Source of the DNA: Conexivisphaerales archaeon
GTDB taxonomy: Archaea; Thermoproteota; Nitrososphaeria; Conexivisphaerales; DTJL01
Direction of reading: 5' to 3'
Assembly: GCA_049509455.1 (NCBI GenBank)
Contig: JBEKZX010000016.1
Coordinates: 1 to 27,713, forward strand
Length of the DNA: 27,713 nt
Shown: positions 1 through 8,500 of the stretch, in pieces
How the letters are laid out: each line of letters opens with the position of its first letter
Position numbering within the stretch: position 1 is the first letter of the stretch
Position numbers and translations under genes: made by a program
The notes under the pieces: generated by a model
What the model saw: only the letters and a program-made list of their open reading frames with translations
Databases searched by the model: none
What the model was told of the DNA's origin: nothing

Positions 1-67
1 GGACGACCACGATGACGACCACTACCAGCCATTCCGAACCCTGCAACAGCAACGGTGCGAACAACAT
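1..67 (-). CDS. tatA: 5' part of a probable twin-arginine translocase TatA/E subunit (runs off the left edge)
   Basis: Manual translation from ATG at 67: MLFAPLLLQGSEWLVVVVIVVV..., resembling the TatA N-terminus (G-x-E-W then a hydrophobic helix). TATA-like CCTATATC about 32 nt upstream. Only 22 codons are visible. Confidence 0.55.
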   Translation of the reverse strand, partial: MLFAPLLLQGSEWLVVVVIVVV

Positions 68-98
68 TAGCTATCTTCCTCGCAGAGACGAGGCGGGA

Positions 99-138
99 GA
101 TATAGGCTTTACGGATGTGGCGGAGCAACTCCTATAAG
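99..138. promoter_or_regulatory. Divergent archaeal promoter pair (TATA-like boxes)
   Basis: GATATAGG at 99-106 (CCTATATC on the minus strand, upstream of the tatA-like ATG at 67) and TATAAG at 133-138, 25 nt upstream of the ATG at 163. Confidence 0.5.
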
Positions 139-162
139 CGTGCGCCATCGGCCTCCTGAGCC

Positions 163-696
163 ATGGCTTCATGGACGAACACGCTGCTGGTAGCCCTCAT
201 AGCCATTCTGGCCATCGGCGCGGCCTACTTTTACTTGGAGGACCAGTCGCTCCAGACTCAGAACGCAGGCCTCAACTCTACTGTCAGCTCGTTACAGAAC
301 GAAGCCACTCAGCTCCAGGCGCAAGTGACGTCTCTTCAGACTGCCCTGTCCTCGTTGGGAGGCCAAGTTCCTGGCTCCAACCCTGGGGCCGAAAGGGTGG
401 TCCTGAACTCCTACGTCAAGAATGGCAGCCTCGTTATCTCCATCGGCAACATGGGGGCGTCTCAGATCACCGTGACGCAGGTTGTGTTCAATGGTTCGCC
501 GCTGACGAGCTCAAACATTGTTCCGGGCGGCCCTTTCACCAGCAGTGGCAACAGCTTCAGCCTAGCGTCCGGGGCCACCGGGAGCCTGACAGTAGCCGCC
601 GCTAGCCTTGGCAACCCGAAATCAGGGGTCACATACACCTTTACCGTGATCACGGCCGCCGGCAACAGCTATTCAAGTACCATCACTTGGCCCTAG
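163..696 (+). CDS. Membrane-anchored surface protein: N-terminal TM helix, coiled-coil stalk, C-terminal beta-sandwich resembling pilin/archaellin-type globular domains
   Basis: Hydrophobic LLVALIAILAIGAAYFYL, Gln/Leu heptads (LNSTVSSLQNEATQLQAQVTSLQTAL), Ser/Thr/Gly-rich beta region ending YTFTVITAAGNSY, several N-x-S/T sequons. Confidence 0.8.
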   Translation: MASWTNTLLVALIAILAIGAAYFYLEDQSLQTQNAGLNSTVSSLQNEATQLQAQVTSLQTALSSLGGQVPGSNPGAERVVLNSYVKNGSLVISIGNMGASQITVTQVVFNGSPLTSSNIVPGGPFTSSGNSFSLASGATGSLTVAAASLGNPKSGVTYTFTVITAAGNSYSSTITWP

Positions 697-984
697 CGTC
701 GACGATGTTGATCTCCTCTCCAACAGTAACAGGTATCCGGATCATCTCCTCGACTTGGAATGACGTTCAGTCCTGCAACTGCGCTCCGCCACCTTCCTTC
801 CTCCGAAGACACGAATCACCTGAGAGATCATTTGTTTCGATGACCCGCTCTTCGAAGCCTTCCAATAGAGCTTAAGTGGGTCGCTGCTCGCATCCAAGGT
901 TTCAATCGATGCCTCGGCGGAAGGAGAGGAAGGCGCGCCAGGCGCGAGGGGTTCGGAATTCCTGCGGTTCCGAGGATCAGAAGG

Positions 985-2367
985 CTACCCTTCTTTGGCC
1001 GACTCTGATACGGTCTGTGATCCGTTAAACCACCATCCCGCTGTCCTTTCCCGGTACAGGAAGTACAGCAAGCCTGCCACGAAAAACGAGACATAGTAGC
1101 TGAAGTCGGCGCCGCCGAACCATCCGGCCAGCGAGCCGACGGGCCAGCCGATGGTCGTGGGAGGGACCATGAATGGCACCGAGCACAGGATGGAGAGACC
1201 GTAGATGGAGAGGACGCCCACTTCCCAGTTTCGGGCGTGCAGGCAGCTTTCGACTGTGGTCCTCCTCAGGACGAAGAAATCGACCAAGATTATCGAGAGC
1301 CATGGCGTTATCCAATAGTCCAAAATCAGGAGGAAATTCTCGAAGAAGGACTCGAAGTTCGCGCCCCCGAGTATGGCGAGTCCAAGGCCGACCAATCCGC
1401 CGGCGATGACGGTGACCCACCGTTTGACCCTCAGATCCAGCACGAGGGCCGAGAGCGAGTTCGTGTATATGTTGAGCGCGTTAGCCGCCATGGCTCCGAG
1501 TATTATGGCGAACACGGCCAACGTGCCGAAGGTGCCCGCAAAGGCCTTCAGCGCCCCGAAGTAGTCGAAGCTTTGAGTCAGGCTGCCTACAATGCCTCCT
1601 ATCACCTCTATCGCGAACGATGCCAACGCGCCACCGGCGAGGGCGAGTGCGGCCACCTTCCTGACCGACGATGTCGCCGGGAGATACCTCGAATAATCTG
1701 ACGCGTACGGCGCCCAGCTCATTATGTAGGAAAAGGAGACGGCGAGGACGACCCCGATTGAGCCGATGGAGGGGACGTCGGACGCGCCCGCTGGAATGAA
1801 GGCGAGTGCTTCGCCCAAACGAGGGATGGAGATCACGAAGATGCCTAAGAACAGGATTCCCAGCACCACCGACATCAACTTCTCAAATGAATGAATTAAA
1901 TCATGTCCGAAGATGGCTATGATGACCTGCAATGCGACGAGCAGCACGGAGGTCGCGATAAGACTGAACCCTGGAGCGATGGCTTCGACGGCCTCCGCTC
2001 CCAGGATTGTGTTGACCGTAAACCAGCCTGCGGTGCTTATCCAGTTCGCCATCCCAAGGGCGTAGTTTCCACGTCGACCGAACACGGCCCTGGAGGAGAA
2101 CATCTGAGGAAAGCCCAGCCTGGGGCCCATAGCCGCGGAGAGCCCGAGCGCGAGGCCGCCGAGAACGTTTCCTGCCGCGAGTATCGGGATGCTTTGGAGC
2201 AACGTCAGGTGGAACGCCAGCACGCAGAGGACGCCTATGACGTAGTCAGCGATGGTGAGGTTCGCGGCGAACCAAAGCGTGAACACCCTCCCCGTCGAGC
2301 CGTGTCTCTGGTCCTCCGGGATGTGTTCGATTCCGAATCTCTCCATGGTGCCCGGTTTGTCAGTCAT
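985..2367 (-). CDS. NCS1-family purine/cytosine permease (CodB-like)
   Basis: GIEHIPEDQRHG start, WFAAN, FPQMFSSRAVFG, SWAPYASDYSRY, NALNIYTNSL and many TM helices. Start moved from 2583 to ATG 2367 because a TATA/BRE-like element lies just upstream of 2367. Confidence 0.92.
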   Translation of the reverse strand: MTDKPGTMERFGIEHIPEDQRHGSTGRVFTLWFAANLTIADYVIGVLCVLAFHLTLLQSIPILAAGNVLGGLALGLSAAMGPRLGFPQMFSSRAVFGRRGNYALGMANWISTAGWFTVNTILGAEAVEAIAPGFSLIATSVLLVALQVIIAIFGHDLIHSFEKLMSVVLGILFLGIFVISIPRLGEALAFIPAGASDVPSIGSIGVVLAVSFSYIMSWAPYASDYSRYLPATSSVRKVAALALAGGALASFAIEVIGGIVGSLTQSFDYFGALKAFAGTFGTLAVFAIILGAMAANALNIYTNSLSALVLDLRVKRWVTVIAGGLVGLGLAILGGANFESFFENFLLILDYWITPWLSIILVDFFVLRRTTVESCLHARNWEVGVLSIYGLSILCSVPFMVPPTTIGWPVGSLAGWFGGADFSYYVSFFVAGLLYFLYRERTAGWWFNGSQTVSESAKEG

Positions 2368-2391
2368 CTGGGCTTGCGTTTCGTCGTCTGT

Positions 2392-2407
2392 GCTTAAAGC
2401 ATTTCGA
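2392..2407 (-). promoter_or_regulatory. BRE/TATA-like promoter of the NCS1 permease
   Basis: Minus strand CGAAATGCTTTAAG, with TTTAAG ending about 25 nt before ATG 2367. Confidence 0.45.
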
Positions 2408-2697
2408 AGCAGAGGAGCCCCCTGGCTGGGAGGCGAGGGCGAAGCTATGGAGGCCAACGGCCAATCCTGTGAAGGCGCCGTCAGGTCGGGCCTTGGAGGG
2501 GAATAAGAGATTAAGTGACGGAGAGGCAATTCCTGACCCGCTCGACCAGCTGGACCAAGTCTCTTCCCTCCCATGTCTACCATGTTGGACGTCTACGCTA
2601 TCAGAGTAGAGGTCATGTTTTGGCACACACCATTCTGTCCCCAACTGTGCCATAGACCAGTAGCTCCGCGCAGACCCTGCCAATTGTAGGACACGCA

Positions 2698-3399
2698 TCA
2701 TGCGGAGAGTCGGAAGTTCACCTGGTTGCGAAGATCGTCCTTGGCTGCCTTGGAGAGGTTCAACCCTTTGCCGGTCAAGTAGGAGTCCAGGCTTACCTGT
2801 GTGACCCTGCGAAGCTGTTTCAATCTGCACCAACCGATGACGTCGTCGACCAGTTTCGGCACGAGCTCCTCGTCCTTTCGCAACATCTTCTCTTCCACTA
2901 TCTTGTATATCCTCATCATTCGCATCTTTAGCTCCGGGTTCTCCGAGAAGGTGCCAGCGACGCCCAGCGACTTCCAGAACTCATACGCCACCTCGTCCAA
3001 GGGGGGAGTCTTGTCGCGGCCGTAGGTGTTGGCCGCGAACTTCAGAATATCCTCGGCTACCTCTTCATCGCTTTTGGTTATCCACGCGCCCTTCGACTCC
3101 TTCCTGCTCCACCAGTCGGCGGTCTTCACGTAGGAATACACCGCGCCGTCCTTGGCCCAGGAAAGCTCGATGAACCCAAGGTCCTGCGAGTGAGAGCCGC
3201 TCCCCCATGCGGTGCTGATGACCAGGCAAGGGGCCCCGGCCTCCCTTGCGACATCTATGAAAGCCTTCCAGTCATCGCTCCTCTCGTCCCAGCGGAACAG
3301 GATGGCTGATCCTTCAGAAACACGCGCCCCGACGAAAGTCTTGAGGTCCAAGGTCACCGCGTAGGTGGAGATCTCTTGATAGATGTCGTTGATGCCCAT
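2698..3399 (-). CDS. Hypothetical soluble protein
   Basis: Long ORF with normal globular composition and no recognised motif. Start placed at ATG 3399; the ORF track extends to TTG 3441. Confidence 0.7.
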   Translation of the reverse strand: MGINDIYQEISTYAVTLDLKTFVGARVSEGSAILFRWDERSDDWKAFIDVAREAGAPCLVISTAWGSGSHSQDLGFIELSWAKDGAVYSYVKTADWWSRKESKGAWITKSDEEVAEDILKFAANTYGRDKTPPLDEVAYEFWKSLGVAGTFSENPELKMRMMRIYKIVEEKMLRKDEELVPKLVDDVIGWCRLKQLRRVTQVSLDSYLTGKGLNLSKAAKDDLRNQVNFRLSA

Positions 3400-3532
3400 A
3401 TTCGAGATCGTCAACTGTAAAGGCTCGACCGAGGTTGTCAACCGGTGGATGGAGGATATAAGCTATGATACTATCTAACGCTCGGCTACGCAGGGATTCC
3501 CCTCGCCAGACGTGGGGGATCAGGAAGCGCGA

Positions 3533-3745
3533 CTACATGGTCCGATGAAAGTCAGTATTTGACTTCAACTTCGTAAGAATCTCGTCCCTGCGGAAGGTGG
3601 ACCCGATGAATAGCAAGATCAGGTCGACCAGGAGGAGAACCGTCGAGATGACCAAGAGGGTGTCAGCGTCTAACGAGACAAGGTCGATCTCCTCCGCGAC
3701 GTACAGCCCCGCGAAGGGGAGTACAATCAACCCTCCGAACCAGAT
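3533..3745 (-). pseudogene. C-terminal remnant of an ABC-2-type permease
   Basis: GGLIVLPFAGLYVAEEIDLVSL...LLLVDLILLFIGSTFRRDEILTKLK resembles the ...TFxREEILTKWK end of ABC-2 permeases as I recall it. No N-terminal part or ATPase partner; abuts the 3' end of the PAP2 gene. Confidence 0.45.
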
Positions 3746-4527
3746 TCGGCAGCCCGAGAGGGGGTCCACAGTCTATCGAAGAGGGGCTTGCCGACGGCCC
3801 AAGCGAGTACTATCCCGGAGACCTCGTCGGCGATGTAGTGCTGCTTGATGAACAGGGTCGAGAGGATGACCCCTACCGCCACGCCCAGAGAAAGGAGGGT
3901 CAAGGCCCAAGTGCCCCTTCCGGGCCGCACCCTGGCGTATCTGTACCAAGTGTAGAAGCAGATGGTGGAGACCGCGGCGTGAAGGCTGGGGAAGCAGTTG
4001 AAGGAGGTGTCGCTGGCGAATATGTCGTAGACTTGGGTGGCCCAGAAGTTGCCGGTGATGGGTTGCGCCAGCAGCTCCTCCCTCCACCAGTACGTCGAAA
4101 CGGGAAAGACCACATAAATGGCTAGGGCGATGGCGTTGATCGAAACGAGAGACCATCCGACGGCATAGCCTCCCCTGTATTCGACGAACGCGAAGTAGAG
4201 CATGGTCAGTATGACCATGGGGTAGAACAGGTAGACATAGAAGATGACCGTCTGTGGCACGAACGGAATCGCATCGTCCAGGCCGCCGGTCAGGACGTCG
4301 AGGCGGAAGCCTGTGCCGGGGGCGTACAGCCGTCCGGTCCAGTCATAGCCGACCGTGTTGAGCAGGAAATAGAAGAGCACCAGCATCAGAATGATGCTAC
4401 CAAGCACGTAAGTGACGTAGGCGCTCGCCCGCGTCGACTTGCCCCCGAAGAAGGTCTTCTCTATCCCACGCTGCAGCTTGCCATGCAGTTTCGACATGGT
4501 CCGATCAACCGGTGCGCGTTTCGCCAA
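3727..4527 (-). CDS. PAP2-superfamily integral membrane phosphatase/phosphotransferase (AUR1/IPC-synthase-like)
   Basis: C2 motif NCFPSLHAA and C3 motif KQHYIAD, about 6 TM helices, TATA-like CCTATATAC upstream of the TTG start. Confidence 0.85.
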   Translation of the reverse strand: MAKRAPVDRTMSKLHGKLQRGIEKTFFGGKSTRASAYVTYVLGSIILMLVLFYFLLNTVGYDWTGRLYAPGTGFRLDVLTGGLDDAIPFVPQTVIFYVYLFYPMVILTMLYFAFVEYRGGYAVGWSLVSINAIALAIYVVFPVSTYWWREELLAQPITGNFWATQVYDIFASDTSFNCFPSLHAAVSTICFYTWYRYARVRPGRGTWALTLLSLGVAVGVILSTLFIKQHYIADEVSGIVLAWAVGKPLFDRLWTPSRAAESGSEG

Positions 4528-5121
4528 TCATCGTAGCCCTGGCAAGTATATAGGGGATGCCTTGCGCTTCGTCAATGGCCGCTTCTCTCTGGCACTGTCA
4601 GTGGCGCAAGGCGTTGTCGTGGAAGGGTCTGACTGAATCATAATCCTTAAGCCATTAAACGGGCGACAGCGTCCATGAATTGAAGCCAGACGAGCCAAGG
4701 GTCATGGCGAAGATTAGTGTGCGGCGGGGTGATGCCGTCTCTTGAATCTGTACAAGGCCCTGGCAATCTTTCTTTCTGCACGTTCTTGGCTTCAGTCATA
4801 CTAGCCTTCCTCTTCTCTTAGGTTGGGGTTCCCCCTTCTAACTAAACGATCATCGCCCGGCTTGTAGCGTTGGGAAGCTCCTTGTCGCCGTCCCTTGGTT
4901 TCTTCAGCACGCGGAATCGGGAGCGGATCATCGAGCTATTGAAGGAGATTCAGGACAACCCGAAGGACCAGGACAACCTTGGAGCCTCTCTCCACCGTCC
5001 TGGCCTTCCTGGGTGTGGGCTCTCTGGGACCATGTCATTCGCTAAGCCTTATCGCTAGATTTGGGTACGTTTCCGGAAATCCGTTATATGGGCTCTGCAG
5101 GACATTGGGAACCGTCGGGAA

Positions 5122-5535
5122 TTGATGCAGAAGAGCTTGGCCTCCGCCGACGGCCGGACGCCGGCCGCACCATCCGTGGGCGCCATTGGACAGATTAGGG
5201 TCCTGGACATCCGGGTCGACAGGATCGTCTCCTCCAACTTCCGCCACGTCATAAAGAGGTACCTGAAGAGGGTGGGCTTCTATGCCCTGAAGGCGCACCA
5301 CGTGGCGGACACGGACCCGTTCTCCATGAGGCTGCAGGTGGAAGGGAGCGTCAGCAAGCCGCTAGTTTCCGACCAGATGGCCAAGTTATCCTACCTTTGC
5401 GATCGTCTAGCCTTCGTCATGAACGGCGGAGTAGTGGGCTTCCCTCCTCCGTCTGGGGCCGACGCAGAACTGCTGAGGACCGAGCTGGCCAAGGTGGAGC
5501 CGCGTCTGAAGACGGTCTATTATAGAAGGGCCTGA
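5122..5535 (+). CDS. Hypothetical protein
   Basis: 137-aa ORF with plausible alpha/beta composition; TATA-like TTATAT at about 5084-5089. No motif recognised. Confidence 0.55.
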   Translation: MMQKSLASADGRTPAAPSVGAIGQIRVLDIRVDRIVSSNFRHVIKRYLKRVGFYALKAHHVADTDPFSMRLQVEGSVSKPLVSDQMAKLSYLCDRLAFVMNGGVVGFPPPSGADAELLRTELAKVEPRLKTVYYRRA

Positions 5536-5937
5536 ACGGCGACCCAGACGAAGGGGCTGCCTGGAGAATGTATGAATGCCGGAATCAATAGCAAGAAGCG
5601 TCAAAGTGAAATCTGTGGGCTTCGACGGACGAAAGGCCAAGATGGTGCTTTCATCACGAGGCCTTTCCGCAATGATCTGTGGGTCCCCCGAAAACGTCTT
5701 CTACGTCTCCAGACATCCGAGGAGGCATTCCTCGGTTAATTCGGCCCCCTTCGTGCTAAGGAACCAGCACCCCGGCATTTTGCGTCATCTTCCCCGAGGG
5801 AAAGGCGATCCTGATCGCCTGTGTTGCGGTCGTGATATGAGCCGGATGGGAAACGTGGGGGAGGAAGGAATGGCCCACCTATTTGAGGCGTATCCGGGAG
5901 TCTGGAGAGCTCCTCGCAAGCCTTTGGTGTAGGGGTA

Positions 5938-5949
5938 TTTGATATAAAC
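5938..5949 (+). promoter_or_regulatory. TATA box of the acidic-protein/ppk2 unit
   Basis: TTTGATATAAAC about 27 nt upstream of ATG 5975. The core TGATATAA also occurs upstream of sixA on the minus strand. Confidence 0.5.
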
Positions 5950-5974
5950 AGGGGAAGCGTATCAGAAGGCGACG

Positions 5975-6259
5975 ATGAACTCGACGAGCGGCAATCCAGA
6001 CGAAGAGAAGGAAGCCGATAAAGAATCCGAGGCGATAGAGCAGGAGCATGAGGTGGACGCTGCTGAGGATGTCAAGCCAGTGGAGGAATTGGAGTCCGAA
6101 GGGCAGGAGCAGGAGACCGAAGAGGAATCGGAGGAGCACGAGTCAGAGGAGATAGAAGACAGGGAAACCGAGCAAGATAAGGCTAGAGCGCACAAAGAGA
6201 AAAGACCAAATCTCTCGACAAAGAAAAAGACGATGCGCAGGAGAGAACATCTAGATTGA
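5975..6259 (+). CDS. Small disordered protein with acidic body and basic tail, translationally coupled to ppk2
   Basis: 32 D/E in residues 9-68 and 11 K/R in residues 69-90; TATA box upstream; TTGA stop/start overlap with ppk2. Confidence 0.65.
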   Translation: MNSTSGNPDEEKEADKESEAIEQEHEVDAAEDVKPVEELESEGQEQETEEESEEHESEEIEDRETEQDKARAHKEKRPNLSTKKKTMRRREHLD

Positions 6260-7077
6260 AAGGAGGCTCTCACACCAAACGATACAGGATTCGTCCAGGT
6301 CAAAAGGTCCGCCTGAACAAATGGAATCCCAATGATACGTCGGGTTTCGATGGAAACGAAAGTGAGGCGCTGGAAGAGTCAAAGAGGCTGAGCAAGGAGC
6401 TCGAACAACTTCAGGAGAAGCTCTACGCGGAGCATGAACACGAGGTGCTATTCGTTCTGCAGGCCATGGACACCGGTGGCAAAGACGGCACCATTAGACG
6501 CGTCTTCGAGGGGGTCAATCCTCAAGGAGTGCGAGTTGCGCGTTTTGGGGTTCCATCTACTGAGGAACTCAACCATGATTTCTTGTGGCGAGTGCACCTC
6601 CAAGTACCTGGAAAAGGCGAGATTGTCATATTCAACCGCAGCCACTATGAGAGCGTATTAGTCGAGCGGGTCCACAAACTCGTTCCTGAAGAAGTCTGGA
6701 AGAGCAGATACCAGCAGATCAACGGCTTCGAACGGTCGTTGTGCGAAGAAGGCATGACCATCGTGAAGTTCTATCTCCACATCGATGAGGATGAACAGAA
6801 GAAACGATTGCAGGATCGCCTTGATGATCCTAACAAGAGGTGGAAGTTCAGCACCTTTGATGTGTCGGAACGGAAGCTCTGGCCAGAGTACATCAAGGCA
6901 TACGAAGACGTCTTGGAAAAGACCAGTACTGATTGGGCTCCTTGGTACCTGGTGCCAGCAAATCACAACTGGTTCCGGGACGTGATAATTTCCAGCGTCA
7001 TCGTGAATACGTTGGAGAAGCTGGACATGCATTATCCGCCCCTGGCCAAGGATCTCAAGTCGATCGTCATCAAGTAG
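6256..7077 (+). CDS. ppk2: Polyphosphate kinase 2 family (class III-like polyP:nucleotide phosphotransferase)
   Basis: Walker A QAMDTGGKDGTI, HDFLWR, Walker B region FNRSHYE, lid RLDDPNKRWKFS, TSTDWAPWYLVPAN. Confidence 0.95.
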   Translation: MKGGSHTKRYRIRPGQKVRLNKWNPNDTSGFDGNESEALEESKRLSKELEQLQEKLYAEHEHEVLFVLQAMDTGGKDGTIRRVFEGVNPQGVRVARFGVPSTEELNHDFLWRVHLQVPGKGEIVIFNRSHYESVLVERVHKLVPEEVWKSRYQQINGFERSLCEEGMTIVKFYLHIDEDEQKKRLQDRLDDPNKRWKFSTFDVSERKLWPEYIKAYEDVLEKTSTDWAPWYLVPANHNWFRDVIISSVIVNTLEKLDMHYPPLAKDLKSIVIK

Positions 7078-7173
7078 GAGATCGTCTAAGGAGACATGAC
7101 GGGACCAACAGGCACAATTCAGAAGGAGCCTGTTCCTCGTGCGGGTCTCGGCGGAGGTCGGGCTCCAAAGTGG

Positions 7174-8010
7174 CTAGGTCCTCGGTGTCGGCGAACTTGA
7201 CGGGGAGATTGCGACCAGTTTGCGCCTGAAGGACTCGCAGAATGACAGGTAGCCCTCATGCCTCCTGCGCAGCTCTTCCTCCAAGACCCTCCGAACAGCC
7301 GGGTGACCCCTCAGTTGACGGAGGTAAGTGATCATCAGGTCTTCGTCGTGGATGGCGCCCAGCTCATCCTGGAGCTCCTCCAGGATGCCCAGCAGCGAAG
7401 CATTCCCCCGATCGGTCTCTGCGAACTCTACAACATAACGCAGCTGCTTGCAGTGTTTCCGCAACCGATGGAGTGTCGCTTCGTCGGTCTCGTCTCCGAG
7501 GACGGTCTTCACTTCATCGTCGATCAGGTCGCTGAGCTTGCCCACGACCTTCCTGACCTTGTTGTTCAACCTGCGCCCTGACACCGAAGAGGGGAGAACC
7601 ACTGGCTCTTTGGCCTTGAGCAAAGACCCAGCCGCGGCCCGAGAGGACCGCACGTGGATGGCCCTCTCCTGCGCGAGGTCGTCGATCAGACGCAGGAGCC
7701 TATCGTTCCGCGCTTCGCCGGTCAACCTGTCAGTCATGACGTCCGAATCTCTGACCTTCGTCGTGAGCTTGAAGACGTTCTTACAGCCCGCCCGAAACTC
7801 CCTGTGCGCGCCGGACCGACGAAGCTTGTTGGTGACGACCGCCTCGGCGGCTTCGAACCGCCTGATGGCCGTCCTCAGGTCGTGGATGTTCGCGGCGCTG
7901 GGATCGGCCCTGAACTTTTTCAGCCTCTTGGTGACTCCGCCGACCCGCTCCCCGAATATGGAGGCGAAAGCGTCGACGTCTAAGTCGCTTCTGGTCAAGC
8001 TAGTCGTCAA
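7174..8010 (-). CDS. CHAD-domain polyphosphate-binding protein
   Basis: Paired His/Arg motifs IHDLRTAIRR and LHRLRKHCKQLRY, plus LQDELGAIHD; all-helical; SD-like GAGGAAGG before the TTG start. Confidence 0.92.
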   Translation of the reverse strand: MTTSLTRSDLDVDAFASIFGERVGGVTKRLKKFRADPSAANIHDLRTAIRRFEAAEAVVTNKLRRSGAHREFRAGCKNVFKLTTKVRDSDVMTDRLTGEARNDRLLRLIDDLAQERAIHVRSSRAAAGSLLKAKEPVVLPSSVSGRRLNNKVRKVVGKLSDLIDDEVKTVLGDETDEATLHRLRKHCKQLRYVVEFAETDRGNASLLGILEELQDELGAIHDEDLMITYLRQLRGHPAVRRVLEEELRRRHEGYLSFCESFRRKLVAISPSSSPTPRT

Positions 8011-8258
8011 CCTTCCTCGGGAGGTCGACGTCTAAGGCACCGAGACGACACCCCAGTAGGATGCCGGGAGAGGTAGCCTGCACTCACACCAGTACACCCT
8101 TCAAGCCAAGAGTAGATAGAGGCTCTGAATCGTATTTTAGACTTTGCATCGTATGTGCGGAAAGGGGGACGTCGCAATCCCATCCAGAGCAGTAGACCTC
8201 AGGACTTTATGCAGGCTCCAAGTAGGCGCATGTCTGGAAAAGATGTCGACGGGTCATG

Positions 8259-8367
8259 GGAACGGTGGGAACGTGGGAGAACGACAAGGAATGGGGCAGA
8301 ACGGAGGGGTAACGCCTAGAGAACGATGGAGGAATGGGGCGGGAAAGATGAGTAACGCATGGGAACG
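8259..8367 (+). repeat. Helically phased array of 11 RKAAYG hexamers (mean period 10.3 bp)
   Basis: AA cores at 8261, 8270, 8280, 8290, 8300, 8311, 8322, 8333, 8344, 8354, 8364; 10 of 11 match RKAAYG (one is GGAAAG). AGGAATGGGGC occurs at both 8287 and 8330. Confidence 0.7.
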
Positions 8368-8500
8368 GCATAATGCCTTCCCACCGCAAGTCTCGCCTCG
8401 TACAGGTCAGTTGAAGAGGGCAGAGCAGCACTGACAGTTGATCGATTGCGTCAGAAGAACTCGCACGAGTGGGAAGAATGTGGCTCGACTTAGCTGGGCA

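Noticed and set aside
690-880. Minus-strand frame LEGFEERVIETNDLSG...*TSFQVEEMIRIPVTVGEEINIVDA
   Set aside because: Short, interrupted by a stop and not recognisable as any family.
2368-2700. Riboswitch (for example TPP) or long N-terminal extension upstream of the NCS1 permease
   Set aside because: No TPP consensus (CUGAGA, CCUGA..., AGGGA in the right order) was found; a TATA/BRE element about 25 nt upstream of ATG 2367 implies a near-leaderless mRNA, and the 72-aa extension is Pro/Ser-rich junk.
2710-2900. Histone-fold-like alpha2-L2-alpha3 pattern at the C-terminus of the 2698-3399 protein
   Set aside because: RRVTQVSLD resembles RKTV...D only loosely, and the conserved Asp position is Ser; too weak without structure prediction.
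5576-5937. ORF 5576-5932, or a decayed metallo-beta-lactamase (TPAFCVIFPEGKAILIACVAV in another frame)
   Set aside because: No consistent frame or metal-ligand His/Asp residues are retained; cannot be supported.
8259-8367. CRISPR array or coding repeat as explanation of the phased motif
   Set aside because: Repeats are only 6 nt with 3-5 nt gaps, and the spacings are mostly not multiples of three.
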